NCBI GenBank assembly: GCA_951406725.2
Contig: OX597834.1
Coordinates: 13,888,001 to 13,952,000, forward strand
Direction: 5' to 3'
DNA length: 64,000 bases
Origin: Octopus vulgaris
Taxonomy: Eukaryota
The notes under the pieces were generated by a model. The model was not told where the DNA came from. It did no database searches and saw only the letters and a list, made by a program, of their open reading frames with translations. This document shows positions 13,724 to 27,880 of the stretch, in pieces (position 1 is the stretch's first letter; each line of letters opens with the position of its first letter). The position numbers and the translations under genes were made by a program.

Positions 13724-14139
13724 TTCTTTTACTCTTTTACACTTTTACTTGTTTCAGTCATTTGACTGCGGCCATGCTGGAGCACCGCCTTTAGTCGAGC
13801 AAATCGACCCCGGGACTTATTCTTTGTAAGCCCAGTACTTATTCTATCGGTCTCTTTTGCCGAACCGCAAAGTGACGGGGACGCAAACACACCACCATCG
13901 GTTGTCAAGCAATGCTAGGGAGACAAACACAGACACACAAACACATACACATACATACATATATACATACATATATACGACAGGCTTCTTTCAGTTTCCG
14001 TCTGCTAAATCCACTCACAAGGCATTGGTCGGCCCGGGGCTATAGTAGAAGACACTTGCCCAAGGTGCCACGCAGTGGGACTGAACCCGGAACCATGTTG
14101 TTGGTAAACAAGCTACTTACCACACAGCCACTCCTGCGC
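13724..14139 (-). mobile_element. Full-length SINE family A (tRNA-derived head, internal microsatellite, (AAGAGT)-type tail)
   Basis: Head with A-box-like gtggctgtgtggta and B-box-like gggttcagtccc; highly similar to other copies in the window. Confidence 0.92.
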
Positions 14140-14886
14140 ATTGTTCAATTTCATAAAATATTTTCTCTAAGTTCCGAGAGATAATATTTATTCCTACTCA
14201 AACGTGTAGGTTCAATTGGAACAACTTTTTACTGAGTTTTCGGTGTAAAATGCACTCTTATTTATATCGCTAGCGGGGAGATAATATGGCGAATGCTTAT
14301 CGAAAATACAAAATGTAAGCGGTTGTGTTTTTGCTCATCCGTCTCGCCGCACATTAGAAAACCTAATTTCAAACTGGCTATAATTTACAATAGGATTTCA
14401 GACACAGTCACATAGGTAAGTACAGGCTTATGAATAATCGGAAGGTAAATATTTCCATGGTAACGAAACAAGAATTTTATACGAGACACATTCGCAAACC
14501 ATGAACAGCTGGAAATACAGAGCAGAAATTAATAATGATAGCAGCTGCTATAGACAAGAATATAAATGCCGTGCTATACTGGAATATACATAGCCGATAA
14601 TTCAGACATATCATTCTCGTTACAATGTGTGTCGCCATACAAAGTGGCGTCTACGTATTCACATAGATATTCATTTTATTCATATTACGAAAGTTACACC
14701 CAAATTTATAGAATTTATGTTAGTTAATTAGAAGTCATTTCATTGACGCAATAATGGCGAAACATACATTAACGGTGTATCATTATCATTATACAGTCTG
14801 GATGGCTAAGAGAAGTAGCGTATTAATTTCCAATGGTATACGGTAAATTGCATGACACCCAACGAAGCCAATTATACATAAAGGTA

Positions 14887-14924
<38 letters not shown>

Positions 14925-14981
14925 CATGCATATACGTATATGTGCATATATATACATATATATATGTATATAAATATAAAC

Positions 14982-15012
<31 letters not shown>

Positions 15013-15192
15013 TATATATACATATTTATATATATATACATATTTACATATATATATATATAAATATAAACATATATATATACATATATATACATACATA
15101 TATATACATATATATATATATATACATATAAATATATATGTATATAAAACCTGCATATAGAGATTTGTGAATCTATGAATCTATATATGAAT

Positions 15193-15262
<70 letters not shown>

Positions 15263-15494
15263 GTATATATATTAGTTTACCTGATTCAGCAATCCGGCTG
15301 CGATGATGTTGGAGCACCACCCTTTTTTGCTGAATTCCTGTCTTTGGAGTGCTACACAGAGACATACAGAGACACACACATATAAATAGAAGGAAAGTAG
15401 CTTCTTCAAAAATTTCTATAAGAGATGCATGCAGTAACAATACTCTTTTGCTTCTCCAGGCACAATGCCTAAAAAGTTTTTGGAGAGAAGGTTG

Positions 15495-15650
15495 GGCATA
15501 CATTAGATCGACCCCAGTATGCATTTGGTACTTAATTTATCGTCCACGAAATGATGAAAAGCAAAGTCGACCTCGCCGGAATTTGAAACCAGAACGTATC
15601 GTCAGACGAAATGTCGCTAATCATTTCGCTCGGAGTGCTAACAGCTGGGC
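15495..15650 (-). mobile_element. SINE family D, single diverged unit
   Basis: Reverse complement of ttcaaattcc..gaggtcgactttgc..ttcatc..gataaattaagtacc..ctggggtcgat. Confidence 0.8.
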
Positions 15651-16804
15651 GACAGCTCTGACAGCTCACCATCGTCAAAGCAGTAACAATACTAGCAACA
15701 AACAGTTTTATATTAATAGCCAACGAGAATGCGTCGTGACTTTTCCCTCCAGCATTCGAAACACCGAGTACTATAATGACACGACACCCGGAATATACGA
15801 CGTTAATAAATTATTAATTCCTTCTTTTGCATAATGAGATTCTCAATACGTCTCACTTTATGAGTTTTTTTCTTTTGTTTATCAATGCCAGAAGCAAACT
15901 ACGAGAATCTTATTTATATATAAGATAATTGAACTAAAACAACAATGGATGGTATATTTATTATAGATGAGAGCAAGAACACATTTAAATATGTTGTCTA
16001 AAAGAATCGTCTAAGTTTTGTATATTAAGCATAATTAAAATAAAACCAGCTGACCAAATTATTTTCGGTGGATGAGAATTGATTTTGAAACAGTTCAAAT
16101 ACGAGATGATTCGAGTTAATCAACAATATGGCTGTTTTACCTTGAAATTTCGGGGTACATTTATTCTGAGCACAAGGAATTCTTATTTAAAGATGATACT
16201 GTCTTTCTCGTCAAAAGATGAGAATTCTGTAAACTCACAGATATTGAAATGGATGATTTTATAAGGCATGATTAGACAGGTAAGAATATATTATTAGAAT
16301 TCGTAGAAAGAAGCACGCAAACATTACGCATAGCCATATAATCTATCATCATTTTGACATATGGCCACAATTCAAACCTTTCACATTTTTATGTTGAGTC
16401 ATTTTGGTAAAAAATTGTGACATAATATATTATATAATAAAACAATTATATGTATATATATAACATTTATGAGCAAAGAACATGACTGATATATGTTCCA
16501 TTCAATATTGAATTGCACATGTTTTCAGATTATTGTTATTATTTCTATTACTATGTTTGTTTTTCGCAATCTAGAATAATTGAACGTTCATGCCTTGCAT
16601 CGTAACCCTCAGGACAATGTGGTGGCGTGTGAAACCCATATTAAAGGCGGTTTATGGTCGCCTGTCTCACTTTTACTGTGATATTTTATATATGTGTATT
16701 AGTTACGTATATGTGTGTGTAGAGAGAGACACATACATAGACATAGAAACCAGCATCATCAGCGCAGTGTGTACATGTTGATACATACGTGTATAGGTAT
16801 GTTG

Positions 16805-17002
16805 AATCGTTACCTCCTACACGCATTTTTTTCTATCCTTGTTTCTCTCCTTGTTTCTTTGCTGTGTATCTTTCTGTCGAAGAGCGTAGGCTCGAAACGT
16901 AAAAGACTTGTTTTATTTCTATTCCTGAGCGCCATACTAATACAATTGTTTGTTTGTACTCCACCTGCCTTCGTATTTTGTTTATTTTCGTAAAGCTTCC
17001 CG

Positions 17003-17003
<1 letters not shown>
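16805..17003 (+). mobile_element. Short non-coding repeat (putative PLE-derived) with a minimal hammerhead-like motif at 16869-16906
   Basis: tcttt-CTGTCGA-a-gagc gtag gctc-GAAAC-GTA-aaaga; homologues at 20350-20585 (+) and 34840-35025 (-), related copy at 32876-33085 (-); abuts (TA)n. Confidence 0.75.
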
Positions 17004-17064
<61 letters not shown>

Positions 17065-18250
17065 TGATATATATAAACATATTTTCAGTGGGGTGATAAT
17101 TTCGAAATGGTCCGGCAAAATTTATGTCTATAGCTTATAGCACATCGGGAAATAGTAACAAAATCTACAATGCTATTTTGTGATAAATTGCAAAGAAATT
17201 TAGCAAATCCTCCCTTGTTCCATTCACCGTTCCCCGATCCATAAAGAGTAGGAAAACCTTTAGCTCTCACCATAGAGTTTAACTGACATTTATTGCGAGA
17301 GATTTTCGTTAGGGCAAAGTAAATGCTTGGGTTCAGCGATCAGAGATCTAGCTTCCAATTTGTATAAGTTTCTGCTTGCGTGTATAGTTATAGTGATTAA
17401 TGTCTTGAAGATTCGCTGAGAATATTGTTGCTGAAGCTGATATTTGTTTGTTGTATTTCCTGATTCGTGCATTGATCGCATTGCTGTTCGGTGAAAGCAC
17501 TGTGGATTCTTTGTACACTGAGGTAACAAAAGCTGTTGCAAGTTGATGTGTTTTACAGCGAATCTGTCTCTCTCTCTCTCTGGAATATTCTTGCTAGTCT
17601 CAACATTGATAAAATGTGTTATCTTGGTTAGAATGCTATTGTCGTTTAGAGTCACAGTCTAAATATACGAAAACATTGCCTTTTATTTTAAAAATATTTT
17701 TCAGCAAGAATCAGTCATAAACATTTTATCACGGTGAAACCTAATTTAATATTCTGTTCATTTGGAAATAAATAAGTTAATATAATACCTATTCAAATTC
17801 TAATCTGAAATCGTAAAACAGTAAAAGCATCAGTATTTGAAGAAAGAGAAGGTATGAGAATATCGAATTATGTTATAGAGCAGGGAAACATAAATTGAGA
17901 TGACAAAAAAATAAATAACAGAGAATATGGAAAATTTTAAGAGTCTACGAGATAAGAAGAATGAAATATCATACATCGGAATGACAAAAACAACGACATA
18001 CAAAATCAAAATGATTTACGTAAATACAACGTAGATAATATAGAAATGGTGCGAAATATTTCAGTTTAGGATAACTCTGAAAAATATACGGCAGAATATA
18101 AATACAGTGAAAAGAGTGTATGATTGTGAGTGAGGCGGGAGAAATTGAAGCTGATTTTAAGCACAAAAAAGCAAGACTAAAACAAGAAACTGTGAAGAAT
18201 TATTAGATTAATGGTTGTAAATTTTCGCTGGTGGTTTATAGATGCTAGTG

Positions 18251-18313
<63 letters not shown>

Positions 18314-18320
18314 ATGTATA

Positions 18321-18351
<31 letters not shown>

Positions 18352-18459
18352 GTATATATATATACATATATATATATACATATATATATGTGTGTATATG
18401 TGTGTGTGTGTATACATATATACATATATATATATATACGTACATACATATATATATAT

Positions 18460-18540
18460 ATTGTTAAAGTTAATCCAAACAAGAAAGCACAAAAAACACA
18501 ACAACGTGAGGACATGTAACAAAAATAGTATTATTGGACG
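18460..18540 (-). mobile_element. Truncated copy of the 32876-33085 repeat, between (TA)n tracts
   Basis: gttaatccaaacaagaaagcacaaaaaacacaacaacgtgaggac matches the start of the 32876 copy. Confidence 0.7.
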
Positions 18541-18632
<92 letters not shown>

Positions 18633-18829
18633 ATATATATAGGCTTTAGGTTAGAATATGAAAGTTTAATACAGACAATGTCTCGAAAGATTTTAACGTG
18701 CAGAATAATGAGGTGGATGAAGAAAGAGAAAATTTATATAAAATCATAAAACAGGACGAAGAGAAAAATTGAAATGAAATGGAAGTACAATAAGAATGGC
18801 GAGACGAATAGACGACGAGAATAAAAGAC

Positions 18830-18866
<37 letters not shown>

Positions 18867-19404
18867 CAGCAGCAGCAGCAGCAGCAGCAGTAACGGTAGT
18901 AGTAGTAGAAGTGTGAAAATGTGCAGTCTACACAGGAAATGCAAATGAGAATGAATTTTGCTCCATAATATTAGATGTACTTCAATAGTAGAATATATCG
19001 CTCGAGTATGCTGTCTGTATATCATTCAACTTAACATTTCTCATTTTTTAAAATAAGACAGACGTAATGTGTGCATCTCATCACATAGACAAGTAACTAA
19101 TACTTAAGGAAAAATAATGCTGAGTAAATGAACTAAAGCAGGCATAAAATTTCATATGACGAGTTAGACAAACTCTCTATAATATCAACAAAATAGGCCG
19201 GAGATGTTCAAATATGTTTTATTATGATGACATTTTCGTCTTCCTACGCAGGAGCTTGGCATTTTATATCAGAACACGCTTCGAAAATTTACTACATTTT
19301 ATAATACTTTCGCACCAACGCATTGTTACATCCCTTTAGCGATCTACCGATTCGTGCATTATAAAAGATAATTTACATAACAGATGCAATATATGTCTTA
19401 AGCC

Positions 19405-20155
19405 AAGGCGGTGAGCTGGCAGAAACGTTAGCATGCAGGCAGGGAGAAATGCTTAGCGGTATTTCGTCTGCTGTTACGTTCTGACTTCAAATTCCGAGAG
19501 GTCGACATTCCTTTCATCCTTTCGGGGTCGATTAGATAAGTACCAGTTACGCACTGGGGTCGATATAATCGACTTTATCCGTTTGTCTGCCTTGTTTGTC
19601 CTCTCTGTCTTTAGCCCCTTGTGGGTAGTAAAGAAATAGGTATTTCGTCTGCGCTACGTTCTGAGTTCAAATTCCACCGAGGTCGACTTTGCCTTTCATC
19701 CTTTCGAGGTACATTAAATAAGTATCAGTTACGCACTGGGGTCAATATAATCGACTTAATCCGTTTGTCTGTCCTTGTTTATCCCCTTGTGGGTAGTAAA
19801 GAAATAGGTATCTCGTCTGCCGTTACGTTCTGAGTTCAAATTCTGCCGAGGTCGACTTTGCCTTTCATCCTTTCGAAGTCGATTAAATAAGTACCAGTTA
19901 TGAATTGGGGTTAATATAATAGACTTAATCCGTTTGTCTCTCCTTGTTTGTCCCCTCTGTGTTTAGCTCCTTGTTGGTGGTAAAGAAATAGGTATTTTGT
20001 TTGCCGCTACGTTCTGAGTTCAAATTCCGCCGTGGTCGAGTATGCTTTCATCATTTAGGGGTCGATAAATTGAGAACCATTTACTTATTGGGGTCTATCA
20101 TAATGTCTGGCCCTCTCCCACCAAATTTCGGTACTTGTACCTAGAGTAGAAAAGA
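19405..20155 (+). mobile_element. SINE family D: one head plus four tandem ~170-185-bp units (Deu/Nin-like core)
   Basis: Head aaggcggtgagctggcagaaacgttagca; units start ggtatttcgtctg at about 19458, 19639, 19807 and 19991; each contains the B-box-like gttcaaattcc and gaggtcgactttgcctttcatcctttcg. Confidence 0.9.
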
Positions 20156-20349
20156 ATACATATATTAAGCCGTCATCCATGAATAAGTAAATGACTAAAA
20201 TGCACTTTATTTCAATTACTGAGCCGGTAGAATATGATAGGTCAAATAGCATAGAGATAAAATATATGCACTCTTATGCAAAGAAAATATTCTTTTATAT
20301 AGCATGGTACCAATCTTTTTTGAGAAAATTATGAAATAGGTCAATAGGT

Positions 20350-20585
20350 CAATAGATAATTAACGATACAGGTCTCACCTTGTTTTTTCTCTCCTTTTTT
20401 TCTCTCCATTTTTCCCCTCCCATTTTTCTTTCCTTTTTTCTCTCCTTGTTTTTTCTATGCCCCTTTCTGTAGAAGAACGGAGGCTCGAAGTGTAAAAGTC
20501 TTTTTCTATTCCTGAGCGTTATACTAATACATATGTTTGTTTTGTACACCACCTGTCTTCGTCTTGTGTTTTTTCGTAAATTTTC
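20350..20585 (+). mobile_element. Copy of the hammerhead-like repeat family (degenerate motif at 20463-20498)
   Basis: cttt-CTGTAGA-agaacggaggctc-GAAG-tGTA-aaag; flanks match the 16805-17003 copy. Confidence 0.7.
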
Positions 20586-20609
20586 TCTTTCTCTCTCTCT
20601 CTCTCTCGA

Positions 20610-20651
<42 letters not shown>

Positions 20652-20652
<1 letters not shown>

Positions 20653-20853
20653 ACTCTTTTACTCTTTTACTTGTTTCAGATTGATTGCGGTCATGCTGGA
20701 GCACCGCCTTTAGTCGAGCAAATCGATCCCGGGACTTATTCTTTGTAAGCCTAGTACTTATTCTATCGGGCTCTTTTGCCGAACCGCTAGGTGACGGGGA
20801 CGTAAACACACCAGCATCGATTGTCAAGCAATGCTAGGGGGACAAACACAGAA

Positions 20854-20926
<73 letters not shown>

Positions 20927-21077
20927 TACGACAGGCTTCTATCAGTTTCCGTCTACCAAATCCACCCACAAGGCATTGGTCGGCCCGGGGCTATAGCAGA
21001 AGACGCTTGGCCAAGATGCCACGCAGTGGGACTGAACCCGGAACCATGTGGTTAGTTAGCAAGCTACTTACCACACA

Positions 21078-21129
<52 letters not shown>

Positions 21130-21552
21130 TATACTCTCTCTCTTTTACTCTTTTACTTGTTTCAGTCATTTGACTGCGGCCATGCTGGAGCACCGCCTTT
21201 GGTCGAGCAAATCGACCCCGGGACTTATTCATTGTAAGCCCAGTACTTATTCTATCGGTCTATTTTACCGAACCGCTAAGTGATGGGGACGCTAACACAC
21301 TAGTATCGGTTGTCAAGCAATGTTAGGGGGACAAACACACACACAAAAACACACACACATACATACATATATATACAAAAATATATACATATATACGACA
21401 GGCTTCTTTCAGTTTCCGTCTACCAAATCCACTCACAAGGCATTCGTCGGCCCGGGGCTATAGCAGAAGACACTCGCCCAAGATTCCACGCAGTGGGACT
21501 GAACCCGGAACCATGTGGTTGGTTAGCAAGCTACTTACCACACAGCCACTCC
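20652..21552 (-). mobile_element. Two tandem full-length SINE family A copies (20652-21080, 21135-21552) separated by (TA)n
   Basis: Two complete head-body-tail alignments. Confidence 0.92.
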
Positions 21553-21559
21553 TATATAC

Positions 21560-21690
<131 letters not shown>

Positions 21691-22099
21691 TTATACACAC
21701 AGTTTTATCGACATAATGGTAACTACAAGCATTCTTCTTGCTGGCTCTGTACTCCAATACGCACACCAAAATCTACCGCTGCATGTTTCCTTCTAATATA
21801 TTAATTTTCCTCAAAATAGCCTCAGGACTCCAAATCAAAGTTTTAAATTAATTAGTTAATTTAATTTCAACATCAATCAATTAGTGGGTTCATAATCACC
21901 ACGGCACATAGTGTGATTTTGTAATTATACATTTCCTTCCATCAGAGTTACTCTCGGTTGAATCTGAATACAGTTTTAGTAAACGATTTGTAGTATCAAA
22001 TATCATGTCTCCATGCCGACTCTCTTGGATTCTTCTTTTGGCAGTTATCCTTCTGATTATTAGGAAGTAATTTACTCGAGCGTAGATGCGTGATGAACA

Positions 22100-22580
<481 letters not shown>

Positions 22581-23479
22581 TTTATGTCTCTCGGTCACTT
22601 TGTATACGTCTATCTCTATCTATATACACATTTATGCATGCATATATTGGTGTGGGTGTTTGTGTGATTGTATGTATTTTTGTGTGTGTGTCTGTGCGCG
22701 TGTGTGTGTACGTATGTATACATAAATGCCTGTTTACATGTATGTAGATATAGGAATGTTTGTTTTTATGTTTCAACATTCAAAACTTAAACTGAATGAT
22801 TATTGAAATACATTTAGTAAATTAATACATACTAAATTTAATTTTACTGTTACTTCTAACATACGTCTAGAACAAGGTTGAACAGATTGAGTTATATTGA
22901 TTTCCTGAGATCTATGTGGCTGTCCAGGCGTTTGGTAAAACACTGAAATGACTTTCAACAAAAGGGTGTGAACTTGATCAGAAAATACGCGGTAACTTAA
23001 AGCTAAAACTAACTGAATGTTAACCAAATAGCCATACAATAACTCTTATTTGCCTCACGAATATTTCAGCTTAAAGACTGCGCCTACATCTATATGATTA
23101 ATGAATTGTAGGGATTCGGTATATCGACATACAGCTATAATATACAATGAATTATACTAAACGTTTTTTAAGCCAATAACCTGTTGTACTGTTAGTAGTG
23201 CACTTTCTATCATTTGTGATGGTACTATCAATTGATAGTCCATAGAATTTATAGCAAGCTATAATTTTTGATACAACGTTTTGTAGTGGAGACGTCAGTT
23301 GTAAACAAACAAACAATGGACATATGTCCTATATTTTAGAAATGAGGAATCCTGTACATTACTTACATTATTTACATTGGGCGGATATATGTCCTCATCT
23401 TGTTGATGTTATCACATCGTTTCGCCTGATTTACTCTCTAGCCTTCATAATGTGTTCTTGTTGAATTTTGAACCCAACC

Positions 23480-24283
23480 CTGGATTCTCTTCCTAAGTGT
23501 GACACCGATATGTTTGTCCTGAAGAATGCGTGGCGGAGTTTGATCAGTTTCCAGGACTGTATCGAAGCAGACGAAAATAGCCTTGCGTGGTATATAAAAA
23601 ATGCCGTGGAGCCACTGGTGGAACACATGAAGACGTTCGGCGTCAACAAAACTGAACATTTTTAACTAAAGAAAAAATTAAAGAGATATTTGAAAATCAC
23701 GGAAAGGAAAACATGTACGGTCAGTTTGCAAGAGAAGTGAACGCCAAAACAGATACAGAGGACCGGTGACTATGGAAGAGGAAGAGCAACCTGAATATAG
23801 ATACTGAAGCACTCATAGGTTCAGCTCAGGATCAAGCTTTAGGGATCAATTATCTGAAGTGCACATTTGACAACATTACCGATAGCAACAAATGTAGAAT
23901 GCGTGGTGAGAGAGGTGAAACGGTATGGCACATCGTTAGCAAATGCCAGAAATTGGCGCAACGCGAATACGAACGACGCTATGAAAATGTGGCAAGAATG
24001 ATGCATTGTGGGCTCCGTGGAAATCACGGCCTTCAAAAAGCAAGGACATGGTTTCAGCAAAACCTAAAAGGAGTCATCCAAATTGAGAACTACAAATTCT
24101 GGTGGGATGTAATTATCCAGTGCGATCACCCGACCAGACATCGGATACTGGACATTGCTGTGGTGAATAAAAAAGAAAGAACATTTATGATAACCGGCAT
24201 AACATGCCCCTATAGCGGCTGCGTGAATGTGAAAGAAGAGTAAAAAATAAATACCTATGATTATTTAAAATGGGAAATATGAG
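23480..24283 (+). pseudogene. Decayed C-terminal part of an R4/Dong-type non-LTR retrotransposon ORF (zinc knuckle plus restriction-like endonuclease)
   Basis: Translations AQDQAL...KCRMRGERGETVWHIVSKCQKLAQREYERRYENVA and FWWDVIIQCDHPTRHRILDIAVVNKKERTFMITGITCP resemble the CCHC and RHD...PD..D motifs of RLE-type elements; stops and frameshifts present. Confidence 0.85.
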
Positions 24284-24284
24284 G

Positions 24285-24455
24285 GGAAGGGATTAAGTCA
24301 ATTACATTGAGCCCCCAGTGTTTCACTGGTACTTAATTTATCGACCCCGAAATTATGAAAGGCAAAGTCGACCTCAGCGAAATTCGAAATCGCAACGTAT
24401 CGATGGGCGATACATCGCTAAGCATTTCGTCCAGCGTGCTCACGATTCTGCCAAT
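24285..24455 (-). mobile_element. SINE family D, diverged unit
   Basis: actggtacttaatttatcgaccccgaaa..tgaaaggcaaagtcgacctc. Confidence 0.8.
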
Positions 24456-25839
24456 AGTAATAAGAATGTTGATCGAATATCTTGTTCATTCTCTCAATCG
24501 TGTATGAGATTCCGGTTAGAAAAAGAAAATGAAATATTCTTGAAATCGGAGCCGATCTCCCCATATAGGAGCGCAAACTTAATCGTATGACACTTGGAAC
24601 CTCAGAATAGGAAAGAGAGCAACTGCTACAAACCCTTTGATCATATCGTCCCTTTGATCATATTGCCCTTTTGATCAACACCGACAATTGCTAGCTAAAT
24701 ACAAATAACAAACACAACGAAACGAATCCCGTGTACATACATGGTCGTTATATTTAAGGGTGACATTAATACAGCCCTCAGCGACGTTGCACTCCTAATT
24801 TTCGCTAATAGCATTAATATCATAATTTACCTTCATCACAATATTCACTAAATTAAGAATAAAATCACCGCTAATAGCTGCAATTAACCAAATTTGTTAA
24901 TTAGTGTTCTCTGTTACTGTTGATTTTGTTGTTATCCACGGATCAGTAGTCCTTTGTTGATTAACATTGTTGATGCATTTATGACATGAGAACATGTATT
25001 ATGGCCATAAAGTAACAGATCCGGGCATTAGGCTTCATCATCGTTTCTATCGTTTGGAAGATTCTCTGTTTTAATATATCTTGCTTACTGCACATTTCGC
25101 TATAGGAAGAGAGTAAGAGTATCAACGCCACGTTTCTTCTTACGAAACCGGTATTAAATGCCTGATGAAGTGTTAACGTAAATTTTTATTTACTGAAATG
25201 AGAAAATTGGAGAAATATCACAGAAACACACACTTCCTAATACTTCCTAAGGTCTCTTTTATTACGTGAAGTTATCATTATTGTTCATTATTGTTTAGAT
25301 TATTTAGATTAGAGAATAACTCTGAGTATTCTTATGTCAGCATCCAATTCTTAATTGTAAATGCGAGGTAGCACTCAAGTCAAACTGGTTTTTACACGGA
25401 GTGATATATATGACTAAATATACATAATGGCCATTACATATTTTTCCTTTCTTAGAGTTGATTTGGCTCTAAGAGATCAACGTTCTAATACGACAGTAAA
25501 ACTAATGCTTTAATCTCTTCGAGAAATCCATGACTAGCAGCTTTCCCTGCTACGAAATCAGCGAATGTTTCTCATTTGAATTATATATATATTGTGAAGA
25601 GTAGCGAACTACTGCCATCTTTTGCAGTACTGAAGAGTGGCAAAAATCGGCTGAAACCAGGGCTGTTCTGCTGGTCCCATTGCTAGAATGTGGTAGGGGT
25701 TCGTTCGCTCCCTTGCTAGTAATTTATCGGATGCAGCTCGACATCGTTAACCAGCTAGAGGAGATATCATCTTGGGGTTAAAAAACTGCAGTAGAGTTCG
25801 TTTGAACGTACGGTCATGTTAAAGTGGCTACGAATATTA

Positions 25840-25881
<42 letters not shown>

Positions 25882-26025
25882 GAAAAAGAGAGACAGAGAG
25901 AGAGAGAGATACATATAAATATAATTATATATTTATAAACAAATAAATATATGTATGTAGACACAGCGAATGAGAGAAAGATGTAGACACACACACAAAC
26001 ACACAGACACACAGACACACACATG

Positions 26026-26168
<143 letters not shown>

Positions 26169-26744
26169 TTATTCATTTATTTATGTATATATGCGTAGGG
26201 CTTCGTGTGTGCTTGCATCTGGTTTCCCGTTTATGTGTCATTATACTTCAACGAGCACCTACCATTTTCATTACTGAAGCTCTTGTAATTAATATACCTA
26301 AACACATACATTACACCATTGCGTAGTTAAACTCTTTCCCATTCTCCCATTGTGCCCAATTAATTAAGATGTTTCAGTGTACAAATTCAAACCATAGATG
26401 CGTTCACAGTTAATGTATGCATCTCCAATTTCGCCAACGCAACATGCGTTTGCGTTAAGAGGCTAATTATCACGTTGTCCTACTAAATACAATTCTAGTG
26501 TGTATATATAGATTATCGCTAAATATACGATGCGTTGACAGTTATACAAATGACCAGATGCTGATATCATTTGTGTCGTTATGATACTGACGTTTGGGAG
26601 ACTAATATTATCGAAATGCTCAGAGTTTGTTCATTATGAATGATGAGTGCTAACGTAGCGCTGCAAAGGAAAACTACCAAACGTGTTTGATGCTCTCAAA
26701 GCTACTCAAAGCAACTATGAAGTATGCTTAAATGCATAACTCTA

Positions 26745-27700
26745 TTACTCTTTTACTTGTTTCAGTCATTTGACTGCGGCCATGCTGGAGCACCGCCTTT
26801 AGTCGAGGAAATCGACCCTAGGATTTATTCTTTGTAAGCCTAGTACTTATTCTATCGGTCTCATGGCAGATATATCGCGTATGACGCTGTCAATGTTTAG
26901 AAGACAGACATTAATTAACTGGTAGATTTTCCAGTAATTAAAAGTACTTGCTGGATATAATACAATACATTTTACAAACAATTGCAGCGTGGAAGGTGGT
27001 TGTAAGCCATTTAAGAAACACACAAAAGCCGTTCGATTCACTTCAACATTTAAGTTTAATTTGTCAAAATATTTCTGTGTGTTTCTTAAATGGCTTACAA
27101 ACACCTTCCACGCCATTTGGTGCATGAGAGATTCAGATGCAGCTGCACTTGCATCTGCACCTCCTGCCGTGAAGTTGTTTCATCTGGGATACCTGACAAA
27201 AGAGATCCAGTTTCATTTTAAAGACATCTGCATCCTATCATAAGTTTTCATATAATTACTGGAGTCTTATTCGCTGGGCTGAAAATGAAGTTATTGATGT
27301 TGAGTATACATGGACTAGTTCACTAGACTTGGCTTTGTAAGAAAGTCTATATTTTCTGGAGCAATACCATCTTTCTTTTTTCTCTTGTTTTACTTGTTTC
27401 AGTCATTTGACTGCGGCCATGCTGGAGCACCTTCGGCACCACGCAGTGGGCACAGTTCTTGCTTGATATAATACAATGCATTTTACAAACAATTGCAGCG
27501 TGGAAGGTGTTTGTAAGCCATTTAAGAAACACACAAAAGCCGTTCGATTCACTTCAACATTTAAGTTTAATTTGTCAAAATATTTCGTGTGCATTTCTTA
27601 AATGGCTTACAAACACCTTCCACGCGGCAATGTGTTTTCGTTTCAGCACACGATCTCAGATCAAATCACTTGCTATGCAAGTACATCTCCGTAAATACAT
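26745..27700. repeat. Two composite units: SINE A tail (-) followed by a fold-back repeat (inverted repeats at 26987-27113 and 27493-27630)
   Basis: About 38-bp arms gcgtggaaggtgtttgtaagccatttaagaaacacaca around a near-identical ~50-bp spacer in both units. Confidence 0.88.
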
Positions 27701-27880
27701 TTTACGTTTTATTTTTTCTATACAGCATTGAATTAAATAAACCGGGTTTTTTCTTATGCAGATAGGCTTCACTCTCCCCTTTCTCCTCTTCTTTTCCTCT
27801 CTTCTTCTTCTTCTTCTTCTTCTTTCTTCTTTCTTCTTCTTCTCCGTCTACTTATTATTATTATTATTATTATTATTATT

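Noticed and set aside
17290-17655. 121-aa minus-strand ORF
   Set aside because: No recognisable domain and contains a GA repeat; more likely UTR or intergenic
25140-25180. GAAACCGGTA...CTGATGA as a permuted hammerhead
   Set aside because: The 8-nt linker cannot form stem I and stem II is marginal
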